The notes under the pieces: generated by a model
Seen by the model: the letters and a program-made list of their open reading frames with translations, nothing else
The model's database searches: none
What the model was told of the DNA's origin: nothing
Translations under genes and position numbers: made by a program
Part shown: positions 52,441 to 62,027 of the stretch, piece after piece
Layout of the letters: each line of letters opens with the position of its first letter
How positions within the stretch are numbered: the stretch's first letter is position 1
DNA from: a phage
Direction: 5' to 3' (one strand)
DNA length: 64,000 bases
Sequence record: PV730302.1

Positions 52441-53075
52441 TGAAACCTGAATTGCTCATCGAACATTGGGGACAACCAGGTGAAATTATCGATGGGGTTC
52501 CTATGTTGGAATCTCATGATGGAAAAAATTCTGGGCTTGCTCCCGGCCTTTATATAGAAGGCATTTTCATGCAAGCAGAGGTAGTTAACCGTAATAAACG
52601 CCTTTACCCAAAACCTATTTTGGAAAAAGCCGTTGCTGATTATATGGCAGAACAGGTTGCTACTAAACAAGCTTTAGGAGAATTAAACCATCCACCTCGT
52701 GCTAACGTTGACCCTATGCAAGCTGCTATCATTATTGAAGATATGTGGTGGAAAGGTAATGATGTTTATGGACGTGCACGTATCATCGAAGGTGACCATG
52801 GCCCTGGTGATAAACTAGCTGCTAATATTAGAGCTGGCTGGGTTCCTGGTGTTAGTTCTCGTGGTCTTGGTTCTTTAACCGAAACCAACAAAGGATATAA
52901 GCGTGTAAACGAAGGTTATAAATTAACTGTCGGTGTTGATGCAGTATGGGGACCATCTGCTCCTGATGCTTATGTAACTCCGAAGCAAATTACAGAATCA
53001 CAAACGGTAGAAACCGATACCAGTGCCGATGACGCCTTTATGGCTCTCGCAGAGGCCATGAAAAAAGCGTTATAA
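52440..53075 (+). CDS. 21: prohead core protease gp21
   Basis: 211 aa; synteny 68-21-22. Confidence 0.9.
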   Translation: MKPELLIEHWGQPGEIIDGVPMLESHDGKNSGLAPGLYIEGIFMQAEVVNRNKRLYPKPILEKAVADYMAEQVATKQALGELNHPPRANVDPMQAAIIIEDMWWKGNDVYGRARIIEGDHGPGDKLAANIRAGWVPGVSSRGLGSLTETNKGYKRVNEGYKLTVGVDAVWGPSAPDAYVTPKQITESQTVETDTSADDAFMALAEAMKKAL

Positions 53076-53078
53076 ATA
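53071..53078 (+). promoter_or_regulatory. late promoter TATAAATA (gene 22)
   Basis: octamer overlapping the gp21 stop. Confidence 0.7.
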
Positions 53079-53105
53079 TTATTATCTAAACAACAGGACT
53101 ACAAA

Positions 53106-53921
53106 ATGCTTAAAGAACAACTGATCGCTGAAGCACAGAATATTGATGCTTCCGTTGCTCTTGACAGTATTTTCGAATCAGTTAATATTTCTCCGGAAGC
53201 AAAAGAAACTTTCGGCACTGTATTCGAAGCTACCGTCAAGCAACACGCCGTGAAACTGGCTGAATCTCACATCGCTAAAATCGCTGAAAAAGCGGAAGAA
53301 GAAGTCGAGAAAAATAAAGAAGAAGCTGAAGAAAAAGCCGATAAGAAAATCCAAGAAGCTGCCGGTCGTTTCCTTGACCACGTTGCTAAAGAATGGATGG
53401 CTGAAAACCAGCTGGCTGTTGATAAAGGTATTAAAGCCGAACTGTTCGAATCCATGTTGATGGGTATGAAAGAACTGTTTGTTGAACACAATGTGGTTGT
53501 TCCAGAAGAAGCAGTAGATGTTGTTGCTGAAATGGAAGAAGAGCTCCAAGAGCAGAAAGATGAAACCGCTCGTCTGTTCGAAGAAGTTGGTAAGCGCGAT
53601 GCGTATATTAATTACGTACAGCGTGAAGTTGCTGTTACAGAAGCAACTAAAGACCTGACTGAATCCCAAAAAGAAAAAGTTAGTTCTCTGGTAGAAGGCA
53701 TGGATTATTCCGATGCATTCGGTAAAAAAATTGGCGCTATTGTTGAAATGGTTAAAGGTCAGTCTGACGTTGAAAACCCAATCACCGAAGCCGCTATAAA
53801 TAAAAATGTAGACGATGCTGCGGCCCTGAATTACATTTCAGAAGCAGTTGAAGAAAAAGGCTCTAAGCCTACCCTGTCCTTCGCGGACCTGTCTGCAATC
53901 GCAGCATCACGAATTTCTTAA
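53106..53921 (+). CDS. 22: prohead scaffold core protein gp22
   Basis: 271 aa, Glu/Lys-rich helical. Confidence 0.9.
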   Translation: MLKEQLIAEAQNIDASVALDSIFESVNISPEAKETFGTVFEATVKQHAVKLAESHIAKIAEKAEEEVEKNKEEAEEKADKKIQEAAGRFLDHVAKEWMAENQLAVDKGIKAELFESMLMGMKELFVEHNVVVPEEAVDVVAEMEEELQEQKDETARLFEEVGKRDAYINYVQREVAVTEATKDLTESQKEKVSSLVEGMDYSDAFGKKIGAIVEMVKGQSDVENPITEAAINKNVDDAAALNYISEAVEEKGSKPTLSFADLSAIAASRIS

Positions 53922-53942
53922 TTTAATAAGGTTATACAACAC

Positions 53943-55502
53943 ATGAAAAAGAATGCATTAGTTCAAAAATGGTCCGCTCTGCTGGAAAACGAAGCCCTTC
54001 CTGAAATCGTGGGTGCTTCTAAACAAGCTATCATCGCTAAAATTTTCGAAAACCAGGAACAAGACATCCTGACTGCTCCGGAATACCGTGATGAAAAAAT
54101 CTCTGAAGCATTTGGTTCTTTCCTGACCGAAGCTGAAATTGGTGGTGACCACGGTTATGATGCTACCAATATCGCAGCTGGCCAGACTTCTGGTGCTGTA
54201 ACTCAGATTGGGCCGGCAGTAATGGGTATGGTTCGTCGTGCTATTCCTCATCTGATTGCTTTTGATATTTGCGGTGTTCAGCCTCTGAATAACCCTACCG
54301 GCCAGGTATTTGCCCTTCGTGCAGTTTATGGTAAAGACCCTATCGCTGCTGGCGCTAAAGAAGCTTTCCATCCGATGTATTCTCCGGACGCTATGTTCTC
54401 TGGTCAGGGTGCTGCTAAATCTTTCGAAGCACTGGCTGCAAGCAAAGTTCTGGAAGTTGGTAAAATTTATTCCCACTTCTTCGAAGCTACCGGTGCTGCA
54501 CACTTCCAGGCTGTTGAAGCTGTAACCGTTGATGCTGCTGCTACCGATGCCGCTAAACTGGATGCTGCTGTTACCGCTTTGATTGAAGCAGGTAAGTTGG
54601 CTGAATTGGCTGAAGGTATGGCTACTTCTATCGCTGAACTTCAGGAAGGCTTTAACGGTTCTACCGATAACCCGTGGAACGAAATGGGCTTCCGCATCGA
54701 CAAACAAGTTATCGAAGCTAAATCCCGTCAGCTGAAAGCAAGCTACTCTATCGAACTGGCACAGGACCTTCGTGCAGTACACGGTATGGATGCAGATGCT
54801 GAACTGTCCGGTATCCTTGCTACCGAAATTATGCTCGAAATCAACCGTGAAGTTATCGATTGGATTAACTACTCTGCACAGGTTGGTAAATCTGGTATGA
54901 CCAACACCGTTGGCGCTAAAGCTGGTGTGTTTGACTTCCAGGACCCGATTGATATCCGTGGTGCTCGTTGGGCCGGTGAGAGCTTTAAAGCCCTTCTGTT
55001 CCAGATTGATAAAGAAGCAGCCGAAATCGCTCGTCAGACCGGTCGTGGTGCTGGTAACTTCATCATCGCTTCCCGTAACGTAGTTAACGTACTGGCTGCA
55101 GTTGATACTTCTGTAAGTTATGCAGCTCAAGGTCTGGGTCAAGGTTTCAACGTTGACACAACCAAAGCAGTATTTGCCGGTGTTCTTGGTGGTAAATATC
55201 GCGTTTACATCGACCAGTATGCACGTTCCGATTACTTCACCATCGGTTATAAAGGCGCTAACGAAATGGACGCAGGTATCTACTATGCTCCGTACGTTGC
55301 ACTGACCCCGCTGCGTGGTTCCGATCCGAAGAACTTCCAACCGGTAATGGGCTTCAAAACTCGTTACGGTATCGGTATCAACCCGTTCGCTGACCCGTCT
55401 GCACAGGCTCCTACCAAACGTATTCAGAGCGGTATGCCTGACATCGTTAACAGCCTTGGTCTGAATGGTTACTTCCGTCGCGTATATGTTAAAGGTATCT
55501 AA
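53943..55502 (+). CDS. 23: major capsid protein gp23
   Basis: 519 aa; long blocks identical to remembered T4 gp23. Confidence 0.97.
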   Translation: MKKNALVQKWSALLENEALPEIVGASKQAIIAKIFENQEQDILTAPEYRDEKISEAFGSFLTEAEIGGDHGYDATNIAAGQTSGAVTQIGPAVMGMVRRAIPHLIAFDICGVQPLNNPTGQVFALRAVYGKDPIAAGAKEAFHPMYSPDAMFSGQGAAKSFEALAASKVLEVGKIYSHFFEATGAAHFQAVEAVTVDAAATDAAKLDAAVTALIEAGKLAELAEGMATSIAELQEGFNGSTDNPWNEMGFRIDKQVIEAKSRQLKASYSIELAQDLRAVHGMDADAELSGILATEIMLEINREVIDWINYSAQVGKSGMTNTVGAKAGVFDFQDPIDIRGARWAGESFKALLFQIDKEAAEIARQTGRGAGNFIIASRNVVNVLAAVDTSVSYAAQGLGQGFNVDTTKAVFAGVLGGKYRVYIDQYARSDYFTIGYKGANEMDAGIYYAPYVALTPLRGSDPKNFQPVMGFKTRYGIGINPFADPSAQAPTKRIQSGMPDIVNSLGLNGYFRRVYVKGI

Positions 55503-55518
55503 GATATAACCTTATTAT

Positions 55519-55536
55519 GGGAGACTTCGGTCTCCC
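55519..55536 (+). terminator. terminator hairpin GGGAGAC-UUCG-GUCUCCC after gene 23
   Basis: perfect 7-bp stem with UUCG tetraloop followed by AUUCUUGUUU. Confidence 0.65.
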
Positions 55537-55551
55537 ATTCTTGTTTCTGTA

Positions 55552-55818
55552 CTATGCAATCTTAACTCGACGGTTGATGATATCACGGAAGTCAATACGA
55601 TTTTCTTGGATTTTCAGCCAGTTACCAGATTTGTCTTTGGTATGGGTAGAGTATTCACCGTTCCACCAGAAATCAGTTTCATAAGCCAGAGCTTCGTATT
55701 TCTTAACCAATGCATTAACTGCATTACCATTAGGATTGGTACCAAATTTTTCTACCAGAGCTTTGATGTCTTTGTCAAGGTTAGAAAGAGTGGTACGGAT
55801 AAAGTTTAATTTGTTCAT
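55552..55818 (-). CDS. hypothetical early protein inserted between capsid genes 23 and 24
   Basis: start set at MNKLNF; opposite strand to flanking late genes; own early promoter cassette at 55837-55877. Confidence 0.55.
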   Translation of the reverse strand: MNKLNFIRTTLSNLDKDIKALVEKFGTNPNGNAVNALVKKYEALAYETDFWWNGEYSTHTKDKSGNWLKIQENRIDFRDIINRRVKIA

Positions 55819-55836
55819 TTTTAATCTCCTCATGTT

Positions 55837-55877
55837 TTGATAGGTCTATAGTAACACGACGCTTTTTGTGTGTAAAC
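55837..55877 (-). promoter_or_regulatory. early promoter/stem-loop cassette (core TTGATAGGTCTATAGTAACA)
   Basis: GTTTAC at 55872-55877 in minus sense; abuts gene 24 late promoter. Confidence 0.6.
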
Positions 55878-55883
55878 CACTTT

Positions 55884-55891
55884 TATAAATA
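55884..55891 (+). promoter_or_regulatory. late promoter TATAAATA (gene 24)
   Basis: exact octamer 29 nt upstream of gene 24 ATG. Confidence 0.7.
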
Positions 55892-55920
55892 AAATTATAT
55901 TCTCAATAAGGAAAATAGCA

Positions 55921-57201
55921 ATGGCTAAAATTAACGACCTTTTAAAAGAGTCGACCATTACTTCGAGTTCTTCGATTGGTCGTCCAAATTTAGTAGCTTT
56001 AACCAGAGCTACGACCAAACTTGTTTATACCGACCTTGTAGCTCAGCAGCGTACTAACCAACCTTTGGCTGCTCTATATGGTATCAAATATCTTACAGAA
56101 AAAGATGAATTATCTTTCCAGACGGGTGCTACTTATTCCGGTGCAGTATCCGCTAAAGACCGTGCCACTATCCCAGTTTTCACTGCAGGTGCTGTTTACG
56201 CTAAAGATGATTTGTTCCAATTTGAAAACGTAGTTTATAAAGCTTTGGTAGCAACACCATTTGCAGGTGCTACTGGTGATGAATACGAACAACTTCAAGA
56301 AGCTATTGTTAAGTTGACTATTCGTATTATGTCTGACGCCGCACTGACTGAGCGTTTTGAAGGTCCTCAAGAAGTAGATATTTCTGAAGCTAAATTCGTC
56401 GTTAATAAATGGAACGCTCCAGTTAAATCCCGTAAGTTGAAGAGCACTGTTACTGTAGAACTGGCTCAAGACCTCGAAGCAAATGGTTTCGATGCCCCTA
56501 ATTTCTTGGAAGACCTCCTGGCTACTGAAATGGCTGATGAAATCAACAAAGATATTCTTCAGTCCCTGGTTACGGTTTCCAAGCGTTATAAAGTTGAAGG
56601 TTTGTGTGATGATGGCTTAATTGACCTGAGTTATGCTAACTCACCAGAAGCTTCTCGCAAGCTTTATGAGATAGTTTGTGAAATGGTTTCTCATATCCAG
56701 CGCGCAACCTCTTATACGGCAACTTATGTGGTAGCGAGTACTCGTGTAGCTGCTGTTCTGGCTGGTTCCGGATGGTTAAGACACACCCCACAGAACGACA
56801 AATATCTTTCTGCAAATGCATACGGATTCCTGGAAAACGGTTTGCCGGTGTATTGTGATACCAACACGCCAATTGATTATGTTACTGTAGGTGTTAAAGA
56901 GGAATTTGGTGGGAAAGAAGCAGTAGGTTCTTTGTTCTATGCGCCGTATACAGAAGGCCTTGATTTGGCTGACCCTGAACATGTGGGTACATTTAAAGTG
57001 GTTGTTGACCCTGAAAGCCTGCAACCATCTATTGCATTAATGGTTCGTTATGCACTGGCTGCTAACCCTTATACGGTTACTGCTGATGATAAACAAGCCC
57101 GTATTATTGATGCGACTAATATGGATTTGATGGCGGGACGTTCTGATATGTCTGTATTGCTTGGTGTGAAACTTCCTAAAGTTTTGACTGAATTAAACTA
57201 A
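55921..57201 (+). CDS. 24: capsid vertex protein gp24
   Basis: 426 aa (T4 427); gp23 paralog. Confidence 0.95.
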   Translation: MAKINDLLKESTITSSSSIGRPNLVALTRATTKLVYTDLVAQQRTNQPLAALYGIKYLTEKDELSFQTGATYSGAVSAKDRATIPVFTAGAVYAKDDLFQFENVVYKALVATPFAGATGDEYEQLQEAIVKLTIRIMSDAALTERFEGPQEVDISEAKFVVNKWNAPVKSRKLKSTVTVELAQDLEANGFDAPNFLEDLLATEMADEINKDILQSLVTVSKRYKVEGLCDDGLIDLSYANSPEASRKLYEIVCEMVSHIQRATSYTATYVVASTRVAAVLAGSGWLRHTPQNDKYLSANAYGFLENGLPVYCDTNTPIDYVTVGVKEEFGGKEAVGSLFYAPYTEGLDLADPEHVGTFKVVVDPESLQPSIALMVRYALAANPYTVTADDKQARIIDATNMDLMAGRSDMSVLLGVKLPKVLTELN

Positions 57202-57208
57202 CAAAAAA

Positions 57209-57224
57209 GGGACCTCACGGTCCC
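57209..57224. terminator. bidirectional terminator hairpin GGGACC-TCAC-GGTCCC between 24 and rnlB
   Basis: flanked by A-run upstream and T-run downstream. Confidence 0.65.
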
Positions 57225-57232
57225 TTTATCAT

Positions 57233-58240
57233 TTATTTGGATACTAGGTCAATCCATACATGTCTTAATGTTTCTTTTACAGACTCGATGAGTTGCTTTT
57301 TAACTTCAACAGGATTTTCAGCATCAGTTAATTCTAATTCTTCACGGGCAGCTTCTTCTAAGATATCTTGGACTGTCAAGCCCATTACCTTTCCAAAATC
57401 CTTCGGCGATACTTCACCAATCTTACTGATGACGTTGTTAATGCGGTTAACAGTCACATAATCAGTGAATTGCCACATCAAGTCCATATCGTCTTGGGAT
57501 AAAACCACTGCAACTTTAATAGGCTTATCAGACTTTTTCTTCTCGCTGAATTTAGAGTTCTTACATTTAATCGCTACACGATTTCCATTAGGAAGCCAGA
57601 GTGGGTAGCAAGGTTTTAATACATACCCTTCAGCCGTAAATACTTCGCCTTTTGCTTCAGCATTCCACACATGGGTATTAGCTTCAATTAGCCCGACGTT
57701 ATCTACCATAAAATTATAATCAGGAAGGACGGAATCTAAATCATTTGGCAATTTAATAAGGTCTTCAAATTTACCACGTCCTAAAAGTGGAGCCAGTTTA
57801 AATCCAAAGGTCTTACAAAATGATTCCATCATATAATCATCGACATAGGTCACATCACCGCTTTCGGTGGTAACAATAATGTCAAATACATAAAAATCTT
57901 TAGCACCGTAATCAACATTCTTCTGAATGCCCGTTCCAGCGAATTCACCGAAAACTTGATAAGATACAGCTGCCGAAGTTTCCATAATATCTTGTACGGC
58001 TTTAATAGAATCAGCATAGTTCTTAAGTACAATTTCATAACCATAGAAATCTTCAGCAGGGAGGATAGGGCCAGTGCGCTTGGCGCATGTGACTGCGTCA
58101 CGTTCTATGATTAAACTAAAGTTGGTCCCATGAATCTTCTCACGTGCTGCCCATTCACCACCAGTCAAACCGTTAGTACGGAGTTTTTCGATAAACTTAT
58201 TGTTGTAGTGGTTTTCGAGACTGCTATATTTCTTGAACAT
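57233..58240 (-). CDS. rnlB: RNA ligase 2
   Basis: 335 aa; [19 protein letters not shown]...[18 protein letters not shown] (KxHG motif) matches remembered T4 Rnl2. Confidence 0.95.
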   Translation of the reverse strand: MFKKYSSLENHYNNKFIEKLRTNGLTGGEWAAREKIHGTNFSLIIERDAVTCAKRTGPILPAEDFYGYEIVLKNYADSIKAVQDIMETSAAVSYQVFGEFAGTGIQKNVDYGAKDFYVFDIIVTTESGDVTYVDDYMMESFCKTFGFKLAPLLGRGKFEDLIKLPNDLDSVLPDYNFMVDNVGLIEANTHVWNAEAKGEVFTAEGYVLKPCYPLWLPNGNRVAIKCKNSKFSEKKKSDKPIKVAVVLSQDDMDLMWQFTDYVTVNRINNVISKIGEVSPKDFGKVMGLTVQDILEEAAREELELTDAENPVEVKKQLIESVKETLRHVWIDLVSK

Positions 58241-58354
58241 AAATCACCATAATAAATATAATTAAATAGAAGAGCTAGTAGTCTTCTGTCACCAAGCCAA
58301 ATGGTTTAACGGAAGGACCTAGACCCATTATATCACACCTAAATTTAAAGCATA

Positions 58355-58564
58355 TTACTTTGAACCAGAACGCGCTTTACGCCGAACCTTATTGTTCAAT
58401 CTTTTACGATAAACAACCTTTTCTTTCGCTTTAAATTTGGCCTTGGCTTGTTCTACATCAACCCATGCTTTGGCCATATCCTTAGCGGTCCCGCCCATTT
58501 TTTTAGCAATTTCTATAAAATTCAACCCAGATTCGTGTAAAAAATGTACTTTAACCTTGTCCAT
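58355..58564 (-). CDS. small basic protein, possible helix-turn-helix
   Basis: start set at MDKVKVHF; GLNFIEIAKKMGGTAKDMAKAW resembles an HTH. Confidence 0.45.
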   Translation of the reverse strand: MDKVKVHFLHESGLNFIEIAKKMGGTAKDMAKAWVDVEQAKAKFKAKEKVVYRKRLNNKVRRKARSGSK

Positions 58565-58649
58565 AACAATTCTCTCGTTGAGTTGGTAAACCCATCTTAA
58601 CATAGGATTTTTAACTTGTAAACAGGAATTTTGTACTTTAATGCAAAAT

Positions 58650-58663
58650 GGGCCGAAAGGCCC
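58650..58663 (-). terminator. terminator hairpin GGGCC-UUUCG-GCCC plus U-rich tract (minus sense) after hoc
   Basis: directly downstream of hoc stop. Confidence 0.55.
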
Positions 58664-58667
58664 ATAA

Positions 58668-59516
58668 TTAGTAAACGTAATCGTATATAATACCAGCTTC
58701 TAAAGCGGTGCGATGAATAATTCGACCATTACGAGATTCTTGTACATCAACCTCTGGATAGTCGGTAATCATTTTTTGAAGTGTGTATCGGTGCAAATAA
58801 TACGGGCTATCTGGGTTATCTGTTTTCCAGTCTTGACCAGCAAGAGTCATTTTCTGAATTTCGTCCATAACCCACCAACCGCACCAAATATAAGCTGAAT
58901 TACGTACCGGCAGCGGATGAACGTAAGGTAGTTCACCATCCGGAACTGGTGCGACTTCAGCCGTGACTGTTACATTACCGGTTTTTGTGACAGTCGCCGG
59001 GTCATAATCAGTCGCCGAAACCACAACAGAAACTTCAATAACCTGTGAACCTTCAGTGCTTGTGTCGATTGCTAGAGTATCCGTGGTGCCAACTACAGGA
59101 GAACCGTCTTTCTTCCAAGAATAGGCAAAAGTAGCGCCAGCAGGCGCGCCGACTACATCCGCTTTAAAAGAAGCTGGAGTGCCTTCCGGAACATTAATTG
59201 ATTCTGGGGTTAATGTCACAGAAACATCTGACATAGTTTTGTTCTGGATAGTTAAAGTCGTCTCAGCTTCAGCAGTTTCCGGTTCGCCGTCCGCTGGTGT
59301 AGTTGTTGCAACAACTTTAATAGTCTTGCTGCCTGCTGGACCAACAGCAACATAATCCATTGCAGCAGTCACAGAAGATTGAGGAACGCCATCAACAGTC
59401 CAGACAAATGATTCGGTACCTTCAGCTGCAGCACCGGAACCGGTCGCAGTGAAATTGGTTGTTGCTCCAATAACGGCCGTAGCCGCCAAAGGAGCAATAT
59501 CTACGGTATAAGCCAT
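58668..59516 (-). CDS. hoc: outer capsid decoration protein Hoc (shortened, about two Ig-like domains)
   Basis: 282 aa; Thr/Val/Ala-rich Ig-like repeats plus a Trp-rich C-terminal module; T4 position. Confidence 0.75.
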   Translation of the reverse strand: MAYTVDIAPLAATAVIGATTNFTATGSGAAAEGTESFVWTVDGVPQSSVTAAMDYVAVGPAGSKTIKVVATTTPADGEPETAEAETTLTIQNKTMSDVSVTLTPESINVPEGTPASFKADVVGAPAGATFAYSWKKDGSPVVGTTDTLAIDTSTEGSQVIEVSVVVSATDYDPATVTKTGNVTVTAEVAPVPDGELPYVHPLPVRNSAYIWCGWWVMDEIQKMTLAGQDWKTDNPDSPYYLHRYTLQKMITDYPEVDVQESRNGRIIHRTALEAGIIYDYVY

Positions 59517-59526
59517 AATAAAACCC

Positions 59527-60198
59527 TTATTTTAAAGTGACAAAAGATGAGTTACGAGTTTCTCGTACTAGAACAGACCCATTACGATTGATGTAATAAA
59601 TCAAGCTGAATAGTGTTTGGTGTGCGGTAGGATGTTGGAAACTGGTTGGACGTTCTTTCCAATCCGGAGTCTCAGAAATCCATTGGTAAATCCACCAAGG
59701 AACGGTGCAATAACCAGGGTTCTTACCGATAAGCAAAAGATTAGGACTGAAGTTTTCAGGTAAAGAGAATACAGGTTTTTCAGATTCAACCACCTTGGCT
59801 ACAGCCTCTTTGAATTTCTCTTCGTCAAATGGAACATCCTCTTCGATAATCTCTACCTTAGGAAGTTCGGCCACCTCTATTACTTCAACAACCGCCTCAG
59901 GAGCATCGAACAACAGGGTTGCTTCTTCTTTAGCTGGTTCTACACCTTCGATAAAATCATTATCACCAGTGAGTTCGTCAGCAGCATCAATCAAATCAGA
60001 AATAGACAACCCGTCTGTTTCCGGAAGTGGTTCGTCAGCCAAGGCTTTAAGGCCTTCAGAGATATCGATAATCAAATTATCAAACGAACGGGTTTTCTTA
60101 AGTTTTAAACCGAACTGTTCGCCGTATTCGATTAACTTAGCTTTAGCTTCTTTTTTATCTTTGAGTGCACGAAGCTCTTCAATATATTGAGTATCCAT
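59527..60198 (-). CDS. inh: prohead protease inhibitor Inh-like
   Basis: 223 aa (T4 Inh about 226); position between hoc and uvsW; late promoter upstream. Confidence 0.65.
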   Translation of the reverse strand: MDTQYIEELRALKDKKEAKAKLIEYGEQFGLKLKKTRSFDNLIIDISEGLKALADEPLPETDGLSISDLIDAADELTGDNDFIEGVEPAKEEATLLFDAPEAVVEVIEVAELPKVEIIEEDVPFDEEKFKEAVAKVVESEKPVFSLPENFSPNLLLIGKNPGYCTVPWWIYQWISETPDWKERPTSFQHPTAHQTLFSLIYYINRNGSVLVRETRNSSFVTLK

Positions 60199-60217
60199 AA
60201 TTAGTCTCTTGTTGGTG

Positions 60218-60225
60218 TATAAATA
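60218..60225 (+). promoter_or_regulatory. late promoter TATAAATA (uvsW)
   Basis: exact octamer 28 nt upstream of uvsW ATG. Confidence 0.65.
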
Positions 60226-60231
60226 TAACTA

Positions 60232-60239
60232 TATTTATA
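60232..60239 (-). promoter_or_regulatory. late promoter TATAAATA (minus sense, inh)
   Basis: TATTTATA on plus strand upstream of inh. Confidence 0.55.
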
Positions 60240-60253
60240 ACTGAGAATTACTT

Positions 60254-61750
60254 ATGCAAATTCAAGTACATTTTGATAATTTTAGTCATGTCCGTATCGA
60301 GTGTGATGAATCCACATTCTACGAACTCAGAGACTATTTTAGCTTTGAAGCTGATGGATATAAATTCAACCCTAAATTTCGTTATGGGCAATGGGATGGG
60401 CGTATTCGTCTTCTAGATTATAACCGTAAACTGCCTTATGGACTTGTCCCTCAAATTAAAAAGTTCGCCGAACAATTTGAATATTCTCTGTGGATTGACC
60501 CACGTATTCTTGAACAGGAAGATATTTCTCGTGAAGATTTTGACTCATGGGTTGCTTCTCAAGAAATTTATTCAGGGTCTACCAAGATTGAGCCTCATTG
60601 GTATCAGAATGAAGCCGTATACAACGGCCTGACAAAACGACGCGCAATTCTGAATTTACCTACATCCGCAGGTAAATCATTGATTCAGGCGCTCCTGAGT
60701 CGATATTACGTTGAGAACTACGAAGGTAAAATCCTTATTCTGGTTCCTACTACTGCACTTGTCGACCAGATGATTAATGACTTCATCGATTATCGATTGT
60801 TCCCTAAAGCAGCAATGCTTGGTATTCGTTCAGGTACTGCTCGTGATTCTGATGCAATGATTTACGTTTCAACTTATCAAACTGCTATCAAGCAACCTAA
60901 AGAATGGTTTGCTCAGTTTGGTATGTTTATGAACGACGAATGCCATTTGGCTACAGGTAAATCTATTTCTACTATCATCGAAGGCCTAACCAACTGTATG
61001 TTTAAATTCGGTTTGTCTGGTTCTTTAAAAGATGGTAAAGCTAATTTAATGCAATATATGGGTTTGTTTGGTGATGTGTTTAAGCCGGTATCCACTTCCC
61101 AATTAATGGAAGAAGGACAGGTTACTGACCTTAAAATCAACAGTATTTTCCTTCGATACCCAGACGAATTCACTGTTAAGATGAAAGGTAAAGATTACCA
61201 ATCAGAAATTAAAGTCATTACTAAGGCTACTCGTCGTAATAAATGGGTTGCTAATTTAGCTGTTAAACTCGCTAAGAAAGAAGAGAACGTATTCCTGATG
61301 TTTAAAAACATCGAACACGGTAAAACTCTTTTTGAAATGGTTAAAGAGCAACATAAAGAAGTTTATTACGTATCAGGTGAAGTTAATACCGAAACGCGTA
61401 ATGCTCTGAAAGTAATGGCGGAAAATGGTAAGGGTATTATTGTTGTGGCAAGTTATGGTGTGTTCTCTACTGGTATTTCCGTTAAGAACCTTCACCACGT
61501 TGTATTTGCCCATCCAGTAAAATCTAAAATCATTGTACTCCAGACAATTGGTCGTGTACTCCGTAAACATGCCTCTAAATCAACAGCACAGGTGTGGGAT
61601 ATCATCGACGACATGGGTGTTAAGCCTAAATCAGCTACGGCTAAAAAGAAATATGTTCATTTGAACTACGCCCTCAAACACGCTTTAGAACGTATTCAAC
61701 GTTATGCTGATGAGAAATTTAATTACGTAATGAAACAGGTGGATTTATGA
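60254..61750 (+). CDS. uvsW: UvsW RNA-DNA and DNA-DNA helicase
   Basis: 498 aa; helicase motifs LNLPTSAGKS and MNDECH; strong match to remembered T4 UvsW. Confidence 0.95.
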   Translation: MQIQVHFDNFSHVRIECDESTFYELRDYFSFEADGYKFNPKFRYGQWDGRIRLLDYNRKLPYGLVPQIKKFAEQFEYSLWIDPRILEQEDISREDFDSWVASQEIYSGSTKIEPHWYQNEAVYNGLTKRRAILNLPTSAGKSLIQALLSRYYVENYEGKILILVPTTALVDQMINDFIDYRLFPKAAMLGIRSGTARDSDAMIYVSTYQTAIKQPKEWFAQFGMFMNDECHLATGKSISTIIEGLTNCMFKFGLSGSLKDGKANLMQYMGLFGDVFKPVSTSQLMEEGQVTDLKINSIFLRYPDEFTVKMKGKDYQSEIKVITKATRRNKWVANLAVKLAKKEENVFLMFKNIEHGKTLFEMVKEQHKEVYYVSGEVNTETRNALKVMAENGKGIIVVASYGVFSTGISVKNLHHVVFAHPVKSKIIVLQTIGRVLRKHASKSTAQVWDIIDDMGVKPKSATAKKKYVHLNYALKHALERIQRYADEKFNYVMKQVDL

Positions 61751-61974
61751 AAACCTTTAAAGAAGTTATTCAAGAAGCATCTATTGAAAGCTTCATGGCT
61801 AAAATTGGTTCTTGTCAGACTATGGATGGTCTGAAGGAATTGGAAAAGTATTACAAAACTCGTAGTAAGGAAGCTGAACTTCGTGATTCGGATGATATTA
61901 GCGTGCGCGATGCATTGGCTGGTAAGAGAGCTGAATTGGAGTCGATGGACGACGAGGAAGAGGAAGATTTCTAA
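61747..61974 (+). CDS. uvsW.1: UvsW.1-like small acidic protein
   Basis: 75 aa overlapping uvsW stop; N-terminus MKTFKEVIQE resembles the capsid targeting sequence. Confidence 0.7.
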   Translation: MKTFKEVIQEASIESFMAKIGSCQTMDGLKELEKYYKTRSKEAELRDSDDISVRDALAGKRAELESMDDEEEEDF

Positions 61975-61982
61975 ACAAAAAA

Positions 61983-62004
61983 GGCCCAACCTTTCGGAAG
62001 GGCC
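61983..62004 (-). terminator. terminator hairpin GGCCC..GAAA..GGGCC plus U-run (minus sense), identical to 18218-18239
   Basis: 22-mer identical to the copy at 18218; A-run on plus strand upstream. Confidence 0.55.
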
Positions 62005-62027
62005 AATAACCATAAATGGCTATACAC

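Noticed and set aside
53178-53669. 163-aa minus-strand ORF
   Set aside because: Antisense within scaffold gene 22.
53922-53942. Late promoter directly upstream of gene 23
   Set aside because: No exact TATAAATA in the 22-23 intergenic region (only AATTTAATAA), so none was annotated; gene 23 may be served from the gene 22 promoter or a non-canonical site.
53958-55340. 460-aa minus-strand ORF
   Set aside because: Lies entirely antisense within the major capsid gene 23; low-complexity translation; artefact of an open antisense frame.
55537-55920. Homing endonuclease between genes 23 and 24
   Set aside because: The only ORF is 89 aa with no GIY-YIG or HNH-like motif visible; called a hypothetical early protein instead.
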